A stretch of 57,886 bases of DNA from a virus (lineage: Duplodnaviria > Caudoviricetes): the IMG/VR virus record IMGVR_UViG_3300042328_002052, positions 1 through 57,886 of that record; one strand, given 5' to 3'. Below the pieces are notes generated by a model. The model was not told the origin of the DNA. It saw nothing but the letters and a program-made list of their open reading frames with translations, and searched no databases. Below, in pieces: positions 9,145 through 16,204 of the stretch. The translations under genes and the position numbers were made by a program. How positions within the stretch are numbered: the first letter of the stretch is position 1; each line of letters begins with the position of its first letter.

Positions 9145-9237
9145 TCCCAGCGGACGGCCCGAGGTCCGATAGAATTATTTCTAATATTCTCGCCGCCATT
9201 TACTGATTCGCACGCCCCAGTCTGGTATAATGCGGGC

Positions 9238-9801
9238 ATGAACAGCACCACCGCCCACCGTTACCTCACCGTCCGCACCCGAGCCACCGAATCCTTCATC
9301 ACGCTCCTCGCGCAGGCTACGCTCTTCGACCTCCACGCTGCCGAGCGTTGGTACGATGAGGCGCAGGCGTTCGCTAACTCGCTGCGTCCGTCCACCGGAT
9401 GGAACATGGAAGTGGCGGCTAGCGTTGTCTCCGCGTTCTCGCCCCGCGTCACTTGGGCGCACAATAAGGCGAAGGCGGCGCAGTACGCGCAGGGGATCGC
9501 CCCGAAGGGTCTGCGCTCCCATGTGGTCGCGGCGGATCGCTGCGTGGCGGAAGGCTTCAACGGACTGCGCGGAGCAAAGACCAACGCATTCGCCCGTGCC
9601 ATCGCCGGGGATCCGAACGCGGTCGTGGTGGATGTGTGGATGTGCCGCGCTGCGGGACTGGGCAAGGACGCGCCGAACGCGACCGAATACCGTGCCATCG
9701 CGGACGCTATCCGCAGCATCGCGGCTACGCGGACGGTGAACATGGCACCCGCCACGCTGCAGGCTCTTCTGTGGATCATCGTTCGGGGCAAGGCGGACTA
9801 A
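9238..9801 (+). CDS. phage protein with probable HhH DNA-glycosylase-like fold
   Basis: WY...SAFSPRVTW..N...KTNAF...VVVDVWM...LQALLW pattern recognised from phage proteins; own leaderless promoter. Confidence 0.55.
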   Translation: MNSTTAHRYLTVRTRATESFITLLAQATLFDLHAAERWYDEAQAFANSLRPSTGWNMEVAASVVSAFSPRVTWAHNKAKAAQYAQGIAPKGLRSHVVAADRCVAEGFNGLRGAKTNAFARAIAGDPNAVVVDVWMCRAAGLGKDAPNATEYRAIADAIRSIAATRTVNMAPATLQALLWIIVRGKAD

Positions 9802-9859
9802 TGGGCGGATGGACGGGAAGGGGGCTGGCCCGAGAAGTTTGGGCCAGCTTTCCCTCGGG

Positions 9860-9926
9860 CTACTATCCGGAAGCCCACGGGCTTCCGGATTTTTTATGGA
9901 CTGGATGCCCCCTCGCCGGATAGTAG
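9860..9926. repeat. CTACTATC/GATAGTAG element 2
   Basis: Arms at 9860-9867 and 9919-9926; internal hairpin TCCGGAAGCCC/GGGCTTCCGGA plus T-run. Confidence 0.85.
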
Positions 9927-10010
9927 TCGGCCCCCCGGACGCCTCAAATATTTTAAAATAATCTCGTACCCAATTAGTGACTTCCCACGCCAGTCTGGTA
10001 TAATGCACGC

Positions 10011-10286
10011 ATGAGCACCCCCTCCTCCATCGTCCTTGACACCCCCGCACAGATCAACGCGCTCCGCGCCCACACCCTCCGCATCGGTCTGGAGTCCGAG
10101 ATCAAGCACAAGATGCGCCTGACCGGAAAGGCTCCTTCCTGCTACACGATCATCAAGCGGGAACTGGGCTTCAAGGGCAACAAGGTTCGCGTCTACGCCC
10201 AGTATGTGCTGTGGATGGGCGAGAAGGGTCTTCTGGACATCAGCCCTTCGGATCGGGCGACCCTGATGGCGTGGGCGGTGAAGTAA
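10011..10286 (+). CDS. hypothetical early protein
   Basis: GTGACT..TATAAT-6-ATG. Confidence 0.75.
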   Translation: MSTPSSIVLDTPAQINALRAHTLRIGLESEIKHKMRLTGKAPSCYTIIKRELGFKGNKVRVYAQYVLWMGEKGLLDISPSDRATLMAWAVK

Positions 10287-10368
10287 CCCCCGGATCGGGG
10301 GGAGAGAATTGAAAAATATTCTCTCCCCCTTTACTGACAGACGCACCCGAACCCGGTATAATACACCC

Positions 10369-10593
10369 ATGAGCACCACCAAGACCGCCAAGATGATCCC
10401 GAGCGGAGTTTCCGACCGCTACGCCTACGCCTACGGCTACCTCTCCGGCTGCATGAGGAATGTGGAGTACGCCGCGCAGCAGATCCGCCTCCGTGATGAC
10501 CCCGAGTGGGTCGCCTTGTGGGTGCAGGAAATCCGGCGCGAGATCGCCTCCTACAAGGCAATGGACGACGCCCTCCACAACGAACACGACTAA
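10369..10593 (+). CDS. hypothetical early protein
   Basis: CTGACA-17-TATAAT-6-ATG; YAYAYGYLSG motif. Confidence 0.75.
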   Translation: MSTTKTAKMIPSGVSDRYAYAYGYLSGCMRNVEYAAQQIRLRDDPEWVALWVQEIRREIASYKAMDDALHNEHD

Positions 10594-10669
10594 AAGGGTG
10601 GTGCTAGGGGGATGGAGGTAATGGGCTCCTCCATCCCCCACCCGACCCCCAACAAGAAAGAAAAAGAAA

Positions 10670-10960
10670 ATGGACGCCAAAGAATCACTCGCCAAACTCA
10701 TTCGCACCGCGCTCTCCAACGGGGAGACTGTGCGAGTCTCGTTCCTCAAGGTGGACGGTACGCTTGCCGTTGACCGTCAGATCACCCGCAACCTGATCGT
10801 CATTCCGAAGGACAAGCACCCGAAGTTTGTCCGTGGTGAGAACCCCGACTACATCACCGGGTTCGACATCAAGAAGGGCGACTGGATTCGCTTTCACAAG
10901 GACAATGTGCGCGGCTGCATGGAATTCAGCCGAGCCGCAGAAAACATGACTTTCGCGTGA
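10670..10960 (+). CDS. WYL-like/SH3-fold (DUF2693-type) protein
   Basis: VSFLKVDGT..R..TRN...GFDIKKGDWIRF pattern. Confidence 0.6.
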   Translation: MDAKESLAKLIRTALSNGETVRVSFLKVDGTLAVDRQITRNLIVIPKDKHPKFVRGENPDYITGFDIKKGDWIRFHKDNVRGCMEFSRAAENMTFA

Positions 10961-11002
10961 GGAATTCCTGACACTCGCACCCCGATCCGGTACAATACAC
11001 CC

Positions 11003-11359
11003 ATGAACAGCACCATCCCCCAACGCACTTCCGCCATCGTCACCCTCGTTGAGAACATCGGCATCTGCGCCACGACCATCGAACAGGTCAAGACCGACCC
11101 GGTTGAGATGAACTGCGCTCTCGCCTTCTGCGAGGTCGCCGTGAGCGTCCCCCCGGCTTGGTTCACCCCCGTTGAGCGTATGCTCATCGTGACCGTGATT
11201 CAGGCTCTCTACGGAGATCCGCGCAAGTTCATCGCAGAGTTGGACGAGGGAACCGTGTCCTTCTACCGCAAGGCTTCCGCCACGGTGGGGGGCGGTGAGG
11301 AACTTCCCACCGTTGTCACCCGGCTCTACCAACTCCATGTTCAGGAGTTCGGGGTCTAG
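11003..11359 (+). CDS. hypothetical early protein
   Basis: CTGACA-17-TACAAT-6-ATG. Confidence 0.75.
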   Translation: MNSTIPQRTSAIVTLVENIGICATTIEQVKTDPVEMNCALAFCEVAVSVPPAWFTPVERMLIVTVIQALYGDPRKFIAELDEGTVSFYRKASATVGGGEELPTVVTRLYQLHVQEFGV

Positions 11360-11367
11360 AACCACAA

Positions 11368-11437
11368 CTACTATCTGCGGCCCTCAGAGGGCCGCAGATT
11401 TTCTTGGAGACCACCGAGTTATGGGACCGGATAGTAG
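11368..11437. repeat. CTACTATC/GATAGTAG element 3
   Basis: Arms at 11368-11375 and 11430-11437; hairpin ATCTGCGGCCCT/AGGGCCGCAGAT. Confidence 0.85.
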
Positions 11438-11514
11438 CTCGGACACCATCCAAAAAACCAAAATAAATCGCTCCTGATTACTGACTTCCCGAAACCGTTG
11501 GATACAATACGCGC

Positions 11515-11754
11515 ATGAGCAACGCCTACGACCCCAACTTCACCGACGACACCAACGATGCCGACCTCATGCCCTACGATGACACCTTCAGCGAGGAGGA
11601 CTATGTCGCTGAACTGATGGCAGAGGGCTACAGCCGTGAAGAAGCCAAGCGCATGGCAGGCGAGTACGAGTACGACGATGACGAGACTTGCTACGGTCAC
11701 GATGACCTTGACCGTGATGTTCCCGACTTCGTTGACCCGGAGGACTTCGAATGA
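11515..11754 (+). CDS. highly acidic small early protein
   Basis: Leaderless promoter; Asp/Glu-rich 79 aa. Confidence 0.75.
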   Translation: MSNAYDPNFTDDTNDADLMPYDDTFSEEDYVAELMAEGYSREEAKRMAGEYEYDDDETCYGHDDLDRDVPDFVDPEDFE

Positions 11755-12071
11755 TCTACGCCAAGATCATTCGCCGGGACAAGCCCACCAAGAACTTCGG
11801 GTGGATGCGTAGGAGAGCCAAGCATACTCTTCAGAGCATTCACTTCGGAAGCCTGATGGTCTGTGTCGGACGAGCCGAATATCCGATGTCCTCCCTCAAG
11901 ATCATGGTGGACATTTCGGGTGATGGTTCCCTCATGGAGTTCCACCTCGCCTTCGGAGATGACTGGAAGAGCGAGGACATTCAGAGGTTCTTGGGCTACA
12001 TGAAAACATCAAAAAATGTGGTGAACGCATTTCTGACTTCCTCACCCGAACCGGATACAATACCCGCATGA
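11751..12071 (+). CDS. hypothetical protein
   Basis: ATGA overlap with the upstream gene; its 3' end contains the next promoter. Confidence 0.65.
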   Translation: MIYAKIIRRDKPTKNFGWMRRRAKHTLQSIHFGSLMVCVGRAEYPMSSLKIMVDISGDGSLMEFHLAFGDDWKSEDIQRFLGYMKTSKNVVNAFLTSSPEPDTIPA

Positions 12072-12304
12072 GCAAGCACCGCCCCGAAACCCCCACGACC
12101 TGCAACATCAGCGATCTCATCAACGAGATTGCCAAGTTCGTCAATGCCAACCCCCTGTGGGCAGAGGATGATTCCGCGATGAGCCGTCTTGCGATGGCTT
12201 ACAGCATCCTCGCCTCCATGAGCAGCCCGCAGATGGTGACTGACGAGGAGTACGAGTTCATCATCGACATTCACACCACCATCAAAGAGAGGATTCAGGG
12301 ATGA
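12068..12304 (+). CDS. hypothetical early protein
   Basis: CTGACT-17-TACAAT-6-ATG. Confidence 0.7.
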   Translation: MSKHRPETPTTCNISDLINEIAKFVNANPLWAEDDSAMSRLAMAYSILASMSSPQMVTDEEYEFIIDIHTTIKERIQG

Positions 12305-12660
12305 GCGACAACAACTTTGAAGGGTTCTTTGAGAACCCGAACCACCCGCAGATCGCCAAGCATGAGCCGTCCCCGCAGCAGATGGTTGAGGCTTTGGCGG
12401 TTATGTGCAGCCAAGTCCACGACTGGTACACCAAGCCCATCATGCGAATGATGGCGCACGGTGTCTCGCAGAAGATCGGCAACAGCCTTCAGGATTCGGT
12501 TCTTCGTGGCGAGCGTCCTGACTTTCACCCCGGTTGGGCAGCGTTCCTGATGCTGATTCAGGAGCGGCTGATGACCTCCTACGACAAGTACGCTGACGAA
12601 ACGGAGCGCGAGATGTACCCGTTCGACAGCAGTTCCGAGATGGATCACCCGGCTGACTAA
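12301..12660 (+). CDS. hypothetical protein
   Basis: ATGA overlap; GAGGA upstream. Confidence 0.7.
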   Translation: MSDNNFEGFFENPNHPQIAKHEPSPQQMVEALAVMCSQVHDWYTKPIMRMMAHGVSQKIGNSLQDSVLRGERPDFHPGWAAFLMLIQERLMTSYDKYADETEREMYPFDSSSEMDHPAD

Positions 12661-12723
12661 AAATCAGAAATCATTTCTGACAAGCCGAGTCCCCCCGGTT
12701 ATAATAGGGAGAAGGAGACAGCC

Positions 12724-13233
12724 ATGCCAAACTGGTGCAGCAACAAGATCACGATTCGCGCAGGTGCGGAGACTCGCAAGAAGATCAAGAATCTTCTGTT
12801 GGGAACGGAATACTACCGCCCCTTCAATGTGGTGGAGAAGACTCCCCTGACGAGCAACGAGACTCTGTTCTCGTTTCACAATGTGATCCCGCAGCCCGAC
12901 TGCATCCTTGACCCGGAAGATCCCCGGCGCAAGAGCGACATTCCCCAGAGTGATCCGAAGGGAGCCATGCCGGAGTGGTACTCATGGCGAGTCAACAACT
13001 GGGGAACCAAGTGGTCTGTGTCCGAAGTCCACATGAGCGAGACTGACACCTCCCTCACCTACTGGTTTGAGACTGCATGGGCTCCCCCGGAACCCGTCAT
13101 TCGCAGGTTGTCGGAGATGTTCCCGAACGCCTACATCATCCTCTCGTTTGACGAGCCGGGATGCTTGGGCAAGGGAGCGACCCACTACAAGGACGGTGAA
13201 GTTGTGAAGGAAACCGGAGTGGGTGTTTCCTGA
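12724..13233 (+). CDS. DUF1281/YubB-type ferredoxin-like fold protein
   Basis: MPNWCSN...WYSWRVNNWGTKW...FETAWAPP signature; CTGACA/TATAAT promoter and AAGGAG. Confidence 0.8.
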   Translation: MPNWCSNKITIRAGAETRKKIKNLLLGTEYYRPFNVVEKTPLTSNETLFSFHNVIPQPDCILDPEDPRRKSDIPQSDPKGAMPEWYSWRVNNWGTKWSVSEVHMSETDTSLTYWFETAWAPPEPVIRRLSEMFPNAYIILSFDEPGCLGKGATHYKDGEVVKETGVGVS

Positions 13234-13264
13234 CAAACCCGCGCCCATCGGGTATAATGGGCAA

Positions 13265-13416
13265 AGCCAATGAGCCTAACCGTAATTCCAGTTGGCGTCC
13301 ATAGGACAATGCTTCCCGCAAGGGAGAAACTGGTAGGCGCGGCGAATAGCAGTCAAGTCCCGACTGCCGTATGCAAAGGGTATGCGGGTGGGAACCCGGC
13401 TTCAACAGGGTTCCCA
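13265..13416 (+). ncRNA. unknown structured RNA, copy A (tRNA-Lys leader)
   Basis: Promoter CTGACA(13230)-17-TATAAT(13253); no convincing ORF; several stems; five sequence blocks shared with the tmRNA intervening segment. Confidence 0.65.
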
Positions 13417-13421
13417 AATTC

Positions 13422-13493
13422 GCCTTCGTAGCGCAATGGTAGCGCAGTAGACTTTTAATCTATTGGTTGTGGGTTCAAGTCCCGCCGGAGGCA
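13422..13493 (+). tRNA. tRNA-Lys(UUU)
   Basis: Cloverleaf; anticodon arm GTAGA-CTTTTAA-TCTAT; T-loop TTCAAGT. Confidence 0.93.
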
Positions 13494-13495
13494 TT

Positions 13496-13765
13496 ATGAC
13501 AAACGAAGAGACCATCGAACTTCTCACTGGCGCTTGCCAAGCCTACGACAGACTCTCCATCGTGATGGACCAGATGATGGAGTACTGGTTGGAGGGGCAT
13601 GCGAATCCTCCGAAGGAACTGATCAATGCCTACTACGACGCGAAGGATGACGTAGGCGAACACATCAACACGGGCAGGATCCATGAGATGATCGTCCCAC
13701 GGAATGGCGAATTCTATGAAAAAATAGAATCGCAGTTTGGACTTGACAGGCGACCAAACCTGTGA
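13496..13765 (+). CDS. hypothetical protein
   Basis: MTNEETIELL begins 2 nt after tRNA-Lys. Confidence 0.65.
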   Translation: MTNEETIELLTGACQAYDRLSIVMDQMMEYWLEGHANPPKELINAYYDAKDDVGEHINTGRIHEMIVPRNGEFYEKIESQFGLDRRPNL

Positions 13766-13780
13766 TAGAATCCGATTCAC

Positions 13781-13853
13781 GGCATCGTAGACCAACGGCA
13801 GAGTCAGTTGACTCAAAATCAACAAAGTGTGGGTTCGAATCCCACCGATGCTA
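13781..13853 (+). tRNA. tRNA-Leu(CAA), short variable loop
   Basis: GTTGA-CTCAAAA-TCAAC; TTCGAAT; promoter TTGACA..TAGAAT upstream. Confidence 0.85.
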
Positions 13854-13860
13854 TTAGAGA

Positions 13861-13934
13861 GTTCCCGTAGCCCAGCAGGATAGAGCAGCCGCCTTCTAAG
13901 CGGCAGGTCGTTGGTTCGAATCCAACCGGGAACG
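13861..13934 (+). tRNA. tRNA-Arg(UCU)
   Basis: GCCGC-CTTCTAA-GCGGC; TTCGAAT. Confidence 0.93.
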
Positions 13935-14072
13935 CTTGACAAGAAAGGAATAGGTGCTACAATGTGAACCAAGATGATTATATTATAAAAGAGTTTGGTG
14001 GTTTCCGAAGAAACCACACAGAGGCATTCTGTGAATGCACGGTTGGGAACTAGCCGTAAGATTAGCCAATAC

Positions 14073-14148
14073 GGAAGGGTGGCTGAATCGTAGTTAGAGC
14101 GCATGCCTTATAAGCGTGAATATGTGGGTGCAACTCCCGCCCCTTCCA
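14073..14148 (+). tRNA. tRNA-Ile(UAU), atypical D and T loops
   Basis: Acceptor GGAAGGG/CCCTTCC; CATGC-CTTATAA-GCGTG; T-loop TGCAACT. Confidence 0.8.
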
Positions 14149-14194
14149 CTCATTGTACATAGGAGCCTTCCCGCTACTGGGCTCCTAGTTCCCT

Positions 14195-14231
14195 AGAGCC
14201 CTCGCGCAAGCGAGGGCTCTGTTCTTTCTTT
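14195..14231 (+). terminator. rho-independent terminator
   Basis: AGAGCCCTCGC-GCAA-GCGAGGGCTCT followed by a T-rich tail. Confidence 0.8.
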
Positions 14232-14234
14232 GAG

Positions 14235-14302
14235 CTACTATCAAAAATTGCCGCTTAAAGCAATTTTTGAGGATTGGGGGATATTATTATTCCGGATAGT
14301 AG
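14235..14302. repeat. CTACTATC/GATAGTAG element 4
   Basis: Arms at 14235-14242 and 14295-14302; hairpin TCAAAAATTGC/GCAATTTTTGA. Confidence 0.85.
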
Positions 14303-14395
14303 CCCGGACAGGACGGCTTATCGGCCCTCAAAAATATTTCAAAATATTCGCCACCAATTTTTGACTTCCCAAAAGTTTCTGTTACAATGTTCTCC

Positions 14396-15736
14396 ATGAA
14401 CAGCATCGACACTCGCAAGCAGAACTTTCTCAACGCACTCACCCGCGTAGCAGGTAAGCCCTTCAGCATTGGTGATGCAGTCTACAGTCGCCGTGACTGC
14501 CTGACTGCTCTCTCCTCCTCCCTCTCACGGGGCGAGGATTGCTACAAGGTTCTCCCTGCTTGGCTCACCCAAGACCCGACTCGCCGTGCTGATCGGGGAC
14601 ACTACAAGATCCCGGAGATGGTCTCCGTGGAAATCACCCTGACCGACACCGAAGAAAAGATTGAAAACTCTCACGAAGATTTCGTGACTTCCGGTTCCGC
14701 TTCTGATACAATCACCGACATGAACAGCAACACCTACAACCTCACCATGCCGTCCCCGTCCGACCTGAACCTCGTCCCCGTCAAGAACGACACTTTCGTT
14801 CCGTGGGGTCACTACGAGGACATCAGCACGATCCTCGCCTCCAAGCAGTTCGCTCCCGTCTACATCACGGGCATGAGCGGCAACGGCAAGACCACCATGA
14901 TCGAACAGGTCTGCGCCAACAGCGGACGGGAACTCGTCCGCGTCAACATCACCGCCGAAACGGACGAGGACGATCTGCTTGGCGGGTTCCGCCTCATCAA
15001 CGGCGAAACGAAGTTCGTGTTCGGCGGCGTGATTCAGGCGATGCAGCGGGGCGCGATCCTGCTGCTTGACGAGATCGACCTCGGGACGGAGCGCATGATG
15101 TGCCTTCAGCCCGTGCTTGAGGGCAAGGGCGTGTTCCTCAAGAAGATCGGTCTGTATGTCAAGCCCGCTCCCGGCTTCAATGTGGTGGCGACTGCCAACA
15201 CGAAGGGCAAGGGCGAGTCTGATCGGTTCGTGGGTACGCGCTGCCTGAACGAAGCCTACCTTGACCGCTTCTCCTACTGGTTTGAGCAGGACTACGCGGA
15301 CAAGACCGTGGAGGCTCGTATCATCATCCGCAAGATGAAGGCGTTTGGGCGGGAGGACAAGGATTTCGCGCAGTACCTCGTCAAGTGGGCGGAAACGATC
15401 CGCATGGGCTTCAAGGCGGGTGGCTACGATGACATTCTCACGACCCGCCGCTTGGAGGAGATTTGCAAGGCGTTCGCCATCTTCAACAACAAGGAGAAGG
15501 CGATCAAGTTGACGCTCACCCGGTTCGATTCGGCAACGCAGGAGGCGTTCTACAACCTCTACACCAAGATCGACCCGACCATGCTCCCGACCCCGGAGGG
15601 GATGAAGGAGGAGCCGAATCCCTCCGTCGAAGCCGCCAAGCGAGAGATCGACGCGATCCTCAACGACATCGGCACGACCATCCCGGTGAACAACAGCAAC
15701 ACCGTGACCCCGACCACCTACGCAGTTCACGCCTAA
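14396..15736 (+). CDS. MoxR/CobS-like AAA+ ATPase
   Basis: Walker A GMSGNGKTT, Walker B LLLDEID, ATANTKG, NEAYLDRF; TTGACT..TACAAT promoter. Confidence 0.9.
   Translation: MNSIDTRKQNFLNALTRVAGKPFSIGDAVYSRRDCLTALSSSLSRGEDCYKVLPAWLTQDPTRRADRGHYKIPEMVSVEITLTDTEEKIENSHEDFVTSGSASDTITDMNSNTYNLTMPSPSDLNLVPVKNDTFVPWGHYEDISTILASKQFAPVYITGMSGNGKTTMIEQVCANSGRELVRVNITAETDEDDLLGGFRLINGETKFVFGGVIQAMQRGAILLLDEIDLGTERMMCLQPVLEGKGVFLKKIGLYVKPAPGFNVVATANTKGKGESDRFVGTRCLNEAYLDRFSYWFEQDYADKTVEARIIIRKMKAFGREDKDFAQYLVKWAETIRMGFKAGGYDDILTTRRLEEICKAFAIFNNKEKAIKLTLTRFDSATQEAFYNLYTKIDPTMLPTPEGMKEEPNPSVEAAKREIDAILNDIGTTIPVNNSNTVTPTTYAVHA
14684..14712 (+). promoter_or_regulatory. internal promoter in the AAA+ gene firing at in-frame ATG 14720
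   Basis: GTGACT-17-TACAAT-7-ATG with an A-rich upstream tract, same geometry as other island promoters. Confidence 0.65.
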
Positions 15737-15760
15737 CCAAGAAAGAGAAATAAAAAGAAA

Positions 15761-15982
15761 ATGCCATACCTCAACAAGCGCAATCGTTTCGTCCAAGCCG
15801 CCAAGCATTTCGCGGAAGTCCACAACCGCCCCACCGACTGCTTCACGAAGGCTGACCTTCTTGATGTTGCCAAGTCGATCAACATGAAGGGCATTCCGAC
15901 TTGGGTGCTGAAGGACTACGGCAGCGCAGTCAGCAGAGGGGTCTATGACCTGACCTCGCTCATCAAGCCCGTCACCGTCTGA
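15761..15982 (+). CDS. small basic protein resembling the N-terminal domain of the AAA+ ATPase
   Basis: RNRFVQA..IPTWV..SRGVYDL versus RKQNFLNA..LPAWL..DRGHYKI. Confidence 0.7.
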   Translation: MPYLNKRNRFVQAAKHFAEVHNRPTDCFTKADLLDVAKSINMKGIPTWVLKDYGSAVSRGVYDLTSLIKPVTV

Positions 15983-16033
15983 TGCTGTTCATGCCCCGCC
16001 CCCCATTCGGGGGGCGGGGCAGCTGATGGCGGA

Positions 16034-16106
16034 CTACTATCCGAGGCCCCCTTAAGGGCCGAGGACTCGGAGAACTTTATTATTATTTCAGGACGGCGGA
16101 TAGTAG
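16034..16106. repeat. CTACTATC/GATAGTAG element 5
   Basis: Arms at 16034-16041 and 16099-16106, after a GC hairpin at about 15993-16020. Confidence 0.85.
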
Positions 16107-16204
16107 TCTGGACGGCCCCGCACGCTTACCGGACCCCCACAAAAAATCGAAAGTTTCTCTCTCCCAATTACTGACTTCCACGCAGACTGTGGTACAATAC
16201 TGCC

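Noticed and set aside
13273-13390. Resemblance to the 16S rRNA segment GCCTAAC..CAAGTC..GCGG
   Set aside because: Only short words match, the spacing differs and there is no other rRNA sequence; probably coincidental.
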